Part shown: piece by piece, positions 48,084-61,361 of the stretch
How the letters are laid out: every line of letters starts with the position of its first letter
Position numbering within the stretch: the stretch's first letter is position 1
NCBI GenBank assembly: GCA_951406725.2
Contig: OX597831.1
Coordinates: forward strand, 7,130,001-7,194,000
Source of the DNA: Octopus vulgaris
Lineage: Eukaryota
Direction: 5' to 3'
DNA: 64,000 nt
Position numbers and translations under genes: made by a program
The notes under the pieces: generated by a model
Told to the model about the DNA's origin: nothing
What the model saw: the letters and a program-made list of their open reading frames with translations, nothing else
The model's database searches: none

Positions 48084-51000
48084 AACTGGGGTCAATCTAT
48101 TTGACTAAACTGTTAAAGGTAGAGCCCCAGCATGGTCACAGTCCAATGACTGAAACAAGTAGAAGATCATTTAACAATAAAGCAAACCTAACTCCAAAAA
48201 GCACCCACAAGATAAACTTTCATTATGAAATGTTTGTTTATCATCAAATGTAATGATTATGTATCCAAATATAATTTATTTGCCTAAAAAAATACAAAAA
48301 AAAACCTACACAAATGAACAAAAATATTTCTCAAGTACTTTTCACTAAACACCCTGATCTCATTTAAAACCATGAAAAGATTCACAGAAAACAAATTCTT
48401 TATTTATTTTATCCTCCAGTGAAGAGGCAAAGAAGTAGCTCCAACATGTTACAGGGCCTCAAAGCTTGATGGAAAAGAAGGCAGAAAATTTTGTCAGACT
48501 TGAAATCTGGACTGAATCTTTGCAACAGAGCGAACTTTGTTAAAGGCACCTAAGGTGCCAGGTGATGGTCATGTTAAACATCAAGTTAGCCATACATTGA
48601 AATTCAGAACTCAAACAGCCAAAACAAGGCATCCAGTCCTATGTTTTTACAATTCCGTCCACCAATCTGTTGCCTTAAATTGGTACTTTTATTATCGACC
48701 CCAAAGGGAGGAAAACCAGAGTTGACCTCAATGGGATTTGAACTTGGGGTATTCACAACAAATAATCATAAAAACAGTCAGTCCAATGACTGCCAATTCC
48801 CTGCTTCACAGTCCAGACTTCAGCTGCTTCTTTTTTTCTTTTTTTTGCTATTACTTCAAATAACGAGCATTGTTGGGACATAAGAACAAAGTTTAAGGTC
48901 TGCAGTGAAACCTTAACAATTACTGTTTTGTGCCTGAAAGCAGGGATCATAACTCAGAATGCCTCTGTTTTGCTGATTTATAACAAGATTTTGTTGCTTT
49001 CCTGATTCATAGTTGTAAAAGTAGAAAAAAAAAAAAAAACTCAGTTGTTCAATGAATGCCTGTTGGAAATGGGGGGAAATGGGGGGAAATGGCTGAAAAA
49101 AAACATAAAAACAGTAATAGTAACATCAATGACATGTAATTGAAGTTATTATTACTATTTTTGTTACTGTTTCCATTAAACCTATTATATCAATGTTATC
49201 GTTATCAGCAGCCTAGTATTTGTGATGGTGATAGGGTGAGGTGGGAAAATAACAATGTTAGGCAAAATAATTCAACTGATAATGGATGGTGGTGGTAGTG
49301 GTGGTGGTGCTGGTGCTGCTGATCCTATCGCTATAATTAGCAATGTAACAGACAAGGAAAACTATAATTCCAGTTCTCTTATTTTTTGAAATTGCATCAC
49401 CATTTGTTGTAGTATGGTCAAAACAATGCTACTTTCTAAATCTAGTTCACTAAACTCATTCTTTAGACCAGAGTGGAAGAATCAGTAAAACAAGAAATAT
49501 TAGGAAAGAAACATCATATGATAAAGATATTAATTATGTAAAATGTTTTTTAAATAATCAGAAATTAATATGACTTCCAGAAAATGGATATCTTGTTCAT
49601 AAAATGAACTGAATATTGAATTAATATTTCATAATTACTGAATTGTTTTAAATAGATATCTCTCATTTTTAATACTTTTCCCCACTTTTTTAAAACACTT
49701 TGGTTACTGTTTATGCAGAAACTCAATTTTTAAATACTACATTTACAGATGACCTCAGCTTCACCATCAATACACTATAGGGCTTGAGAGCATGGATGGC
49801 TAAGTGGCCAGGGCAGTGATCAGCAGCTGAGGATGGGGTCCCAAATATTATCCTCAACACTGTATTACATTCAAAGCCAGGACACATGAAAATGATCAAG
49901 CTCTTCAACGTGTAAATAGATACCTCAGAATAGGAGCAACTTGCTATTTAACCAGCAGCATTTTCGTCATGTTGACAAACGGCCTATTATCTAAAGGTAT
50001 TGAGTTCACCTGGAGAAGTCAATGTGGAACCATCCTAGAGTTTTCTTTCCAAGAACCATCAGGCAAAGACTAATTCCTCAATAGGGAACCTACAACCAGC
50101 AAGGATTATGAAATCTCTAATGATGAGAGTGCTGTGGAGTACCTTACATCCTTCTATGGAAACCACGTGAATCTTAGAAACCATAAGACTCTACACAGAC
50201 TGTTACTGTGTTGATGCCTTTTAAGAGGGTTTCCGCTTCTTATCTTATTCTGAGTTATAGAAAGAAGCGTTAACAAGTTGATAAGCTTTTGGGGTCACAT
50301 CAGCAATATGTTTTCATTTACAGATTTGATAAGATGGATTTTGCAAGACCGAGTTATGGCAGCTGTGTGTGTGGTTTTTATGTAAATGATAAATTAGTTT
50401 CAATACCAAGTGTTTAAAAAAAAAATCACTAATATTTTTAATGAAAACTAAATTTAACTAAAAAGAAAATATTCAATACCCAACTGGAATCTCTTGTTCT
50501 ATATATCATTTGTAGGTAAGTTGTACACATGCTTAATTATAAGTGAAATTAGGACAAAAGTCAACAGCTGAAGTGTATTTAGATTAGAGTATTAGTCTGG
50601 TAGCCAAACGGAGAGCAAGGTCATTAATGAGGATATTTAGTTAAACACAAGCTAGAAAAGAAAATTATAATAATTATAATACATTATATTTATGCTATTT
50701 GGTGACAATATTTTTAATTAGCTTCGCAACAATCAACTTGTTATTTAGTTGCATTTGTTCCATCTGACTAATTTTTTTTTTTATTTAAATAGTTTGAAAG
50801 ACTCATTCATAGCTACATGGGAGCACTGACACTGTCTGTGTGTTTGTTTTGGTATAGAGATTATGCAATGCTGGGGGAGAAACAGAGTCATCAGAAGCAG
50901 GTTCACCCATACAAAACGGCTGCTATTTGCCCCCCCCCCCCCATGTTATACATTTGGTACAAGGCCCAGGCTGATATAAAGTTTTGCTTTATATCAATAT

Positions 51001-52827
51001 TTATCGTTTCATGTTCCACATTAATTAGCTTAATTTGAAGTTTCAAGCAGAAATATTTAGAACCCACAAGTTAAGGAATTTGGTAATTTTTATGTTTAAA
51101 GGGTTTTCAGTAATTTCATCAAACAAAAAAATTTTGAAACCTAAGCAAACATTGGGGCCTGACACAGTTTTGTGCCTCATTGGGTCCTGTCAAACCGTCC
51201 AACTCATGCCAGCATGGAAAATAAAAATTCAATGATGACATTGAATGAATTAAGTCTAATTAAGTTTATGAACCGTCAATATATCACAAGACACATGGCA
51301 TTTCTTGTGGTGCTACTGTTGAAAACATTTATCTGGATAAATCCCCAAAAGAACTCCAATAATTTTGCGTAAATATTTTGGATTTCTAGGTTTTTTCAGT
51401 ACTTTTAACTTGTGAATGGTGAGTGAAGTTGAAGCTGCCTGAAGCCTTGAACTCAATCAATGTTATGGAAAGCAAGGTCAAGCATCAGTGATCTCATTAC
51501 GTGTGAAATTTTCCAGCCTACGCAAATAAACAATAGAAGCAGTTAATACTGTAAAATAAGCTACTTATCGTCATTTAACGTTGGTTTTTCCATGCTGGCA
51601 TGGGTCTTAATGCAGAGGGGGAAAAAATGGATGGAAAAATGATGAAATTAATAGTCCCTGCAAAAATTATAATCTTAACAATTCATTTCAGACATTTATT
51701 AAATTATATATCTTTGTTCTAACAATTATTTTCATCATTTTATAACAATAAGTTCCAATTGCTTTACTTCCCTTATATCTTGAGTCAAATGATTTATTTT
51801 TATTTTTAATTTTTGTGAACAATCATTTTCATAAAAATTAAAAATTAATATATATATATATATATATATATATCAATATATGAATTCATACAATTCATAT
51901 ATGACAAACACAGAAAGCTCCTTTCATGGTTTATATATATATATGTATATATATATATATAGGGATGGCCATAAGTCACTTTACTCATTTCTTTATTATT
52001 ATTATTAGAAATGAGTAAAACAACTTATAGTCATCCTTGTGTGTGTATGTGTATGTGTGTGTGTGTGTATATATATATATATCCTTCATTGAATGCTTAT
52101 ATTCTCTATGGAGGCCATGTGAGAGTAAATCAATAAAAATCATCCTTAAATCATGATGGGACTCAAATATAATTAACAAATATAACAGCGATAGTTTCAT
52201 TGATAGAACCCACTTTCAGAAAATATTCATTGATAAAAGTATTATTAAGTTAATTTCTTCATAAAGAAGAGTCATTAATTTAACATTGGTCATCAATGCT
52301 GTCTTTCATAAACAAGATCTACAGAAGTTCCATGTGATATTTGACATTATAAATACCAATTTAAGATAAAAGGAAAGGAGACTCACTGACAAGATTTCAG
52401 CCATGTGTCTATCTCTTGCCATGAATTGGTTGACGCCAATTACACTACAGTCTGCTTGCAATTCCTCAAATTAGGCACTCTAACTGGTTTCTGCAATTAT
52501 CTGTAACTAGTTTATCTCCAAGACAATTCCTTGGTCATTTAGTGCAAACAGGAGGATAAATTGTTCTGTTAATGCCCAACAAAGCAACCTGTCTTGTAGA
52601 AGATTTTACCTAATGTGTAACATTATTTCTCAATACATGGATACATTATTGCAGACTTAAAATAATACAGACTTTTAGTAGGAATTTCTCTTCTTTACAC
52701 ACATCTTCTCAGCTGGCAATGATCATCCAACAACACTCAGTGTATTTCTTATATGTTGACCACAGGTTATGGTTATACAATGACACATGCTTACTCTAAC
52801 TATATAAATGATTGCTTTAACTCTTAC

Positions 52828-53105
52828 CTGGACTCTGGTCTTTCTCTCGGACGATGGTCAAAAACACTAATGACACAATCTTCCAAGGATACATCCTTTA
52901 AAGGCAAAACATTTTGGTCAACAAGGGTCAGCTTGAGCTTCTGATGGAAATGGAGTTTCTGGAGGTCGACATCGTCACGATATATCAAATCATCACAGAG
53001 AATTCCTTGTTGCTTCAACACATGATGCAATGCCTTCCTTAAGTGGACATCTCTCCGGCAAATATTTATAACAGGAATGATAAGCACATCATCTGCTTTG
53101 TTTGT
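52828..53105 (-). CDS. PRUNE: PRUNE-family exon (DHH motifs II/III)
   Basis: tttacag|ACA...TCC AG|gtaag; 278 nt, phase 0/2; TNKADDVLIIPVINICRRDVHLRK...LIYRDDVDL...LTLVDQNVLP...VFDHRPRERPES. Confidence 0.95.
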
Positions 53106-53851
53106 CTGTAAATATTTAAAAAAAAGCCATTTTGTATTTGATTCAATTTACTCAGGATTTTCAGCATCTTTTATTAAAGTCATTCATTTATGACTCTGCA
53201 AAAAAATTTTTAAAAATCCTACATTTTCCTTTGTTCATTTTTAGCCTGAAATTGTGATTATGTAGAATTTTTTTTTTTTTTTTTTTTTTTTTTTCAAAAT
53301 TTGTAGGTCATTGTTTGCGTGTGACACTGAAAAAATCTACTTGTAGAGGGGAGAATGAAATCATTGAAAATTAGTTTTTCACTTTTTAGATTCAGAAAAG
53401 ACACATGCGGTGTATTTAAAGAACCAAAATGTTTTTATTCCTGGTGTTTTATATTTTTCTTTTTAAATTTATGTGAAATATCCATTTTTAAAGATTAATT
53501 CATATATTATATATATATTCTTTTATTTGTTTCAGTCATGTGACTGCAGCCATACTGGAGCACTATCTTTTCTCAGAAATGCTAATAGAAAAGCTTATAG
53601 TTAATGAAAAGATTGTATGATAGATCAGACATATGCTTCTTTTGTCTTTCTTGATGAACAAAATTCAAAAATATTTTTCTTAATATTTATCAAATTAAGC
53701 ATTTTCCATTCTATTTTGGCTTTTTTTTTTTTTTTACTTCTGTTACATTTACCTTGCTACATTTTGTTGAAAATTTTGTCCTATACAAAAATAACTGTTT
53801 TCATAGCTAAAAGTCCTCCAAACAATGAAACAATCATGAAATAATACTCAC

Positions 53852-53956
53852 TCGAGACAAATAAAATGCTTCAACTAGAGATGAAATCACAGAATCCAGA
53901 TCAGCTGATTCATTTCCCAAAACAACATGAACAGTTTTATAATCAAATAGATGAGC
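53852..53956 (-). CDS. PRUNE: PRUNE-family gene, first identified coding exon (DHH motif I)
   Basis: ttattttgccag|GCT...CGA|gtgagt; 105 nt, phase 0/0; AHLFDYKTVHVVLGNESADLDSVISSLVEAFYLSR matches the Prune/PPX1 HVVLGNExxDLDS motif. Confidence 0.95.
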
Positions 53957-54460
53957 CTGGCAAAATAAGATTTTCAAACAATAATTACATTTCTTAAAAA
54001 TCATTGGCAAAAAGAACAAGATTAATTATTCGATCTTGCACTCTCTTTCACATCTTTATCAGGTGTATTAAATAAGTAAAAATAGAAAATATATTTATCA
54101 TATATTGACCACTTTCAATCATATTTAAAAAGCTGAGAGACACCAAATTGTCAAAATGCATTGTTTCCATAATAAACAGAGCTGAATTATAAATAGCTTT
54201 ATCTCTTTCAAATGAATTTACATTCTACTTTTTTCTTAATGCATTCAATGAATATTCTTCAATCTTTAAAATACAATATTTGTAGCGGGAATATTTAGCA
54301 AACAGATCACTATATCTGATTTTGTGATTTGCTAGAATGCTATCTACAACATTAAAAAAATCTGACCAATCAAGACTTCCCTTGGAATCAGCGCCAACAA
54401 CAATTTCATCTTTGGTACACTTCTTTCTGAGCAAAATTACTACTATATATTCAGCACAGT

Positions 54461-54692
54461 GAAGGCGGTGAGCTGGCAGAAACGTTAGCACGTCGGGCGA
54501 AATGCGTAGCCGTATTTCGTCTGCCGTTACGTTCTGAGTTCAAATTCCGCCGAGGTCAACTTTGCCTTTCATCCTTTCGGGGTCGATAAATTAAGTACCA
54601 GTTACGCACTGGGGTCGATATAATCGACTTAATCCATTTGTCAGTCCTTGTTTGTCCCCTCTGTGTTTAGCCCCTTGTGGGTAGTAAAGAAA
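54461..54692 (+). mobile_element. SINE, Nin/Deu-like domain family, with 17-bp TSD
   Basis: TSD tatatattcagcacagt at 54444-54460 and 54693-54709. Confidence 0.9.
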
Positions 54693-54907
54693 TATATATT
54701 CAGCACAGTTAACCCCACTGACATCAGTCGGCAGACTGCAGCTGACCAAAGCACTAAATCAACACAAAACCAATGAGCAGACAGCAAACGAGAGACAGTA
54801 GCACAATCAGCAGCAAACCACAATGAACAAATTGCAACAGCAACACACAATGACCAGCTAACATTTTGACTGCAGCTACATGCACACCAGTTCAAGAATA
54901 AAGATCT

Positions 54908-55202
54908 TCACACCCGTGTCGGTGACACGTAAAAAGCACCGTCTGACTGGCATCCATGACACGTAAAAGCACCAACCGATTGTGGCCATTTGCCAGCCTC
55001 CCCTGGCACCTGTGCTGGTGGCATGTAAAAAACACCCACTACACTCACGGAGTGGTTGGCGTTAGGAAGGGCATCCAGCTGTAGAAACACTACCAAATCA
55101 GACTAGAGCATGGTGCAGCTGCCATGGCTTGCCAGACCCCGGTTGAACCATCCAACCCATGCTAGCATGGAAAACGGATGTTAAACGAAGATGATGATGA
55201 TG
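54908..55202 (+). mobile_element. (GAT)n-tailed retroelement, same family
   Basis: Same core and tail. Confidence 0.85.
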
Positions 55203-56175
55203 AATTCTCTTGATGTTTTGTCATTTGTAGTAACATCTTTTTATATTTACAAAAAGAAATGAATATTTTCATTATCAAAAACCTCAACGGATATCAGTGT
55301 CATTCTTCAGAACATATCAAAGTCCTACTACCTGAGCTAGTGTGAGCTCTTTACATAAATAATACTTATTTTCTAAACTTAATTTTGTTGTCATAAATTA
55401 TTTCAGATTTGTTAATATAATATTTCTCTTTTCAATTAAACAGTTGCAATGTGTCCCAAACATTCCAAGTCTTTTGTGCTTCATCAATCAAATCATTTTA
55501 CATCAATCAACATCAATCACATTCTGGTGTAACTTAACTGAAATTTACTCTTTTAAGAATCACTAATTGAAATTTTTACATGCTTCACGATTCCAATCCC
55601 CATACATTTTGCTTTGTTGAAATTTATGTCTAATGATATTATCTAAATATTTAATCTGCCTACTTTCATGCTTATATGTTCACATAATTGTTGATGTTTG
55701 ACAAGTTTTAGTTGTACTGATGACGAAACCTATCTCCTTGACAACAGAATCAATTCTCTCTCGCAGCTCTCACACAGCCGTCAGAGATGAAGTCAATATC
55801 TTACATTGGTAGGTAAAGACTATAATTTTGCAGTTAGTGAAGTAAATATTATTATCCTGTGCAGACTGCAGAGATTTTGTCACTCAAAATATGCACCCAG
55901 ACAGGCTTCTGCAGCATTTGGAGATGAATCTACTCAAACCAGTTGTTCATACTTTGTAAATAAGAAGTTTGGATACTGGTAATATCAGCTATAATAAAAT
56001 TTAATACGTGTGTCCCCTAGTGGATAACTAATACAAGGGAAGTAATCATTTTCTCATAACATTTGTAGGAAATTAAGGAATAAAGATGCATAATATATAT
56101 ATTTTATTTCATTTATTCATTGTGTTGCTTATTTAATAGAAAGTTCTTAAAATTTCTGGTCAGTGATAATAATAA

Positions 56176-56610
56176 TCATCATCATCATCATTAAACATCC
56201 ACTTTCCATGCTGGCATGGGTTGGACAATTTTGACTGAGGGCTGGCAAACCAGATGGCTGCACCAGGCTCCAATCTTGATCTGGCAGAGTTTCTACAGCT
56301 GGATGCCCTTCCTAACACCAACCACTCCGAGAGTGTAGTGGTTGCTTTTTATGTGCCACCGGGACGGGGGCCAGTCAGGCGGTATTGGTAATGACCTCGC
56401 TCGAATCTTTTTACACGTGCCACTGGCACAGGTGCCAGTGAAGCGACGTTGGTAACGATCACGCTCGAATGATGCCCTTTTATGTGCCACAGGTACGGAA
56501 GCCAGCTGGCTGCTCTGGCAATGATCACACTCGGATGGTGCTCTTGGCACCCCTACTAGCACAGGCACAAGTGCCAGTAAGGCGACACTGGTAACGATCA
56601 TACTCGAATC
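56176..56610 (-). mobile_element. (GAT)n-tailed retroelement, same family
   Basis: Same core; inverted relative to 54908-55202. Confidence 0.85.
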
Positions 56611-56907
56611 AATTTTAGAAATCTTCAGCATGTCAAACCGTAAGTATATTAATTAAATATTTCATGAAACAAGACATTTAATAGCTTAAAAATTAAATGG
56701 GCTGGAACTAACTATATTCACATGTAGTAATCTACAAATATAAATGATGTTAAGCATGAATTCTAAAGGATATCCATAAAGCATTATTTTGTCAATGTTT
56801 CTAAAGAAAATAAATGCCGATTGAAAATTAAGGCTAAAATCATATAATTTAAATAATTTCTTTACAAAAGAGATTTTACATTAACGTAACCCTACAAAAT
56901 TGAAATG

Positions 56908-57315
56908 TACTCTTTTACTCTTCTACTTGTTTCAGTCATTCGACTGCGGCCATGCTGGAGCACCGCCTTTAATCGAGCAACTTGACCCCGGGACTTATTC
57001 TTTTGCAAGCCCAGTACTTATTTTATCAGTCTCTTTTGCCGAACCGTTAAGTAACGGGGGCATAACACACCAGCATCGGTTGTCAAGCAATGCTAGGGGG
57101 ACAAACACAGACACACAAACACACGCATATATATATATACATACATATATACAACGGGCTTCTTTCAGTTTCCGTCTACCAAATCCACTCACAAGACTTT
57201 GGTTGGCCCGAGGCTATAGTAGAAGACACTTGCCCAAGGTGCCACGCAGTGGGACTGAACCCGGAACCATGTGGTTGGTAAACAAGCTACTTACCACACA
57301 GCCACTCCTGCGCCT
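56908..57315 (-). mobile_element. tRNA-derived SINE (gtggctgtgtggtaag family), near full length
   Basis: Reverse-complement match to 5783-6172 over about 400 bp. Confidence 0.88.
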
Positions 57316-58154
57316 GTACTGTTTGATAAAATTTTAAAATTCTTCAGTTTTATGGGTTAAAGAGATTGAAAGTGGCAAATAATACCAGTTTATCAGCTGG
57401 ATGTTACTTCAAGAAACTTCAAAATAACAACAATAAAAGTGCATCTGCTCATTCTCTTACTCTCATTCCTCTTGTGTTTGGAATGAAACCAGAAGCTTCA
57501 TTTGATCCACTTAGATTTTTATCAATATTTTAAGAAGACAATATCTATACTGACTTGCTCTATGTACCAGCAAGTTTTCAGTAAACCTCTAATTTAACCA
57601 GTAACAAATTTGTAGAACCCCTTACAAACCTCTTTCTTGCACCTGTGATCCTTTGTTTTGCTTTTTTTTCCCAACTTAATGACTGAAGCACTATTATTAG
57701 TAAGTTTAAGTAACTAATTCAAATGTTTACTTAAAACTGACTCAGGGAAGTAATTGGTATTTTAGAATAAATTTGTTGGATATGAACAAAAGGTGAGCAT
57801 GAAAGAGGGAGATGGAGGGGGCAAGAATTATTTTATATTTCATTTCTTCAACATTTTGCGAGAATTAAGTCTATAAATTCTTATTTGATATCGGTTCTTT
57901 TGGCAGGCTACCCTATCAGGTGTTTGAACAAACACCTGGGAAGTTAGTTTAATATCTATTTTCCATCTAAATAGATTATAGAAAGTATATCAGATGTAAT
58001 GTTGAAGGCCATACCATATGATCCAAGGTCTTAAATATTTAGCTGTCATACTTTATAGTGAAACCAACAGACACTGGTTCTTCTTACAGGTAAGAAACGG
58101 TTCCAATATTGCTAAGTTCATTTGTAATATAATTGAATTATAATATATGAAATG

Positions 58155-58388
58155 GCTGGTGAGCTGGCAGAACCGTTAGCATGCCGGGCGAAATGCGTAG
58201 CCATATTTCGTCTGCTGTTACGTTCTAAGTTCAAATTCCGCCGAGGTCGACTTTGCCTTTCATCCTTTCGGGATCGATTAAATAAGTACCAGTTACGCAC
58301 TGGGGTCGATGTAATCGACTTAATTCGTTTGTCTGTCCTTGTTTGTCCCCTCTATGTTTAGCCCCTTGTGGATAATAAAGAAAAAAAA
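58155..58388 (+). mobile_element. SINE, Nin/Deu-like domain family, with A tail and TSD
   Basis: TSD aatatatgaaatggctg at 58142-58158 and 58389-58405. Confidence 0.9.
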
Positions 58389-58732
58389 AATATATGAAAT
58401 GGCTGATATAATCCCACTGAATAGATTCTGAATTAACAGATTGTAGCAGAAAAGAGAAAACAATGAAAACTAAAAGACAATGGGATATATTATTAGGAAG
58501 GTAATTACGAAAGAGCAGACAAGTATATCTTTTGCTGTAAGATTTAAAGAGATGTATACATGTCCTGAATAATGTGAATTTGGAATGAAAGAATTGTATA
58601 ACATAATCTGTAAATATTGTATTTCGGAATGGTCATTTTGCCAGTTTAGCCAATAAAAACACACGCACTATATATTTGGTGTTACTTTGCTTCAGCGTTA
58701 TTTATTTTTTACATTAATCTTAATCTTATTTC

Positions 58733-58777
58733 GGCCAGAGTTCTTTCGTCACACTCCTGTGACATCATCAGTGGTCC
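58733..58777 (-). ncRNA. Minimal type I hammerhead ribozyme fold
   Basis: GGACCA-CUGAUGA-U-GUCAC(AGGAGU)GUGAC-GAAA-G(AA)CUC/UGGCC; intact core with a CUC triplet. Confidence 0.72.
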
Positions 58778-60298
58778 TTTGCTTTCTTCTTTCTTATTTG
58801 TGTGTCTCTCCTTACTAACGGTCAGCCATTTTGTATTCCTATTGTATGTGTCTTCATTTGCACATGCTTATATCTCTATGTGCATCTATGTTTAGTTAGT
58901 GTTTATATGTGGGGGGGAATGCCTGTAATATTTGTATCTCCTGTTTATATACGTCCGTGTAATTTGTTTTTGTTTTTGTTTATTCTTAAATCTGAGAATG
59001 TTTTTAAGAGTTGATGCATAGAGCTCAGCTTTCATAATGTTAAGTGAATGAGAGAGAGAATTTCCTCTGGATTGGAATGGTAACCTATTGCAGGTTACAT
59101 TTCCTGATTGCACTTATTTCCCAAAAGTAAGATGAACTGTGGCAACATAGAAGGTAAAAGGTGCTTAAAAGTTGAGTAGATAAGTTGAACCTGCTGATAG
59201 GTTTTGGGTTCAAATTACTGCAGGTGTTTCATTGTGTTAAATACTTAATCCCTCATTACCTCAGTTTACCTAGATGTTGGAAAGGATACCAAATCCCCTA
59301 AGAATATCACATTGATAGAGGGTGTTTTTTCCAAGCAGAGATTTGTCTCATCTACTTCATGGAATAAAACGAGTGAAGCACCAACACTTAAAACCTCTTG
59401 GAGTTCAAATGAAAAACATTTAATCAACATGATGGTGATACACGCTAAGTGTTTGTTTTGCAAAGAAACACTAAACTTATTCATAGCAGAATGAAGAGAA
59501 AAGGACTAGGGACAGAACTGACAAATAATTGTACCTCAAATTTGCCAAGGAACTCACAGCTGACACTGGTTCTACCTCTACCTCCTTCAGACATTTCAAT
59601 CAGTTATCAAGACTCATTCCTCCACAGTTATAATTCTCCATATCCTATCTGATCAGCACTCTTTAGATAACCAGATTCATTTTCTTTCTTTCTTTACCAA
59701 CTAATTCTCTAGTAATTGTATCTCCAGAAATATAACCTTTGAGGTTTCATGTTCAAATACTTAAGTTTACTCTGTAAATAACTTGATCCATTATCTGGAA
59801 ATCTTTAATTTCCTTTTTGTTTAATTTTAGTAACAGTTATAAGCTATATCAGTCATCAAAAGTAAACCCTTTCTTATCACTAATTGCTGACCCCTTGATG
59901 GCTACACAGTAAAAGACCATATACATGCCAAGTGTTCCAAACTTCATATCAGCAAGTAATATATCCAAGACATGTGCAACATAGCAGTTCATGACAAACA
60001 GGGGTTTGACAACCTAGAACTCACTCAGAGAAATTACCAACAATGTTCAGTAAGTGAAAGGCTTGAAATCTCTCCTTTTCAATTCCAGCCATGCATTCCA
60101 GTTGCTTCTCTACCAACAATCTCTCTCTTTCAATAATTCAGTCAGCAAGACTACCATTTTTGCCAATGTGTCTTAAATGTCACCAACAAAAGTGCTGCCA
60201 ATCCAACCACCCTGTACTATATTGATCCTACATTGCCAATATTGACAAATCTTCAGCTTGAAAATACAATTGAATTTACAGGCCTGAGCCCGTCCGTG

Positions 60299-60330
<32 letters not shown>

Positions 60331-61361
60331 CTCAGGGCTGTGGAATCGTGTAACCAGTCACTTCATTCCTTGAAAAGTAACATTATATCTTTTCTATTTA
60401 CTAACCCATTGTACATTACATCTAAATTGATAAAAAAAATAATTGCTAATGAAAGGGAAACTTTCTGCAATTAAAAATAAGATGCAACAGAGAAATCTTA
60501 ATGGACCATATTTACTAAAGCCATTTTGAGGTGAGTGTTTTTCATGTTAGATGCAGTTTTGGGCTTGCAGCAACTTGTGAAATGACAATCCTATGATTGG
60601 TGAGACAATTGGAAGAGAAGAGAGAGACAAGTCTTCTTTGCAGCTATTGATTTAGTGCTTGTTGCCAGAATCCCACACTCTGTCTTATACAAGCTTATGA
60701 AGAAGTAAGTGGTGGGGGACATGGTTCAAGTCATGAATGGATCAAATGAGCGAATTAGGCCACGTTTAACGAGTTCAGAATAAAAAATAAATAAATAAAT
60801 AAATAAACACTAAGTAATGGTAAACTATGGAAGAAGTAGATAATTACACATTTCTGGATTTTACATGACATATTTAGTGGTAGAGTTAAAGGAAGATTTG
60901 ATAAGTACTAATTATAGTGACAACAAAAGGTTTTCTCTCTTCGTATATGAAAAAAAGAAAAGGAAAAAAAAAAGAGACAGAAATGAGGTTAAGTAGAGGT
61001 GGAATGGTATGAAGATATAGGGAAGAAAGTGAATTATTGGCAAATGATGGAGAGAGGAAAATTGAGCATCATTTGTATAATGTACCACGTTATATACTGT
61101 GTGAAAGGTTGACTGCTAAGTAAACTGAGAAAGTGATGTGAATATGTGTGTGTGTGTGTGTAGACACAGAAATATATATATATATATATATATAGTCTAA
61201 TTTATAGTGAATAGACAACAATATAGATATGTGATATGAATGAACAATGAATCGATGTGAAAGAGTTGTAATCAAAGATTGGATCATACTTTTAAATCAA
61301 TTAACAAGAGACGAGACGTGGAATAGCAAGGTCAGGCTAAAGGTTTAAACCAGCAGACAGA

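Noticed and set aside
55717-55729. CTGATGACGAAAC, both hammerhead core halves adjacent
   Set aside because: No helix II and no convincing helix I; could be a deletion relic or chance
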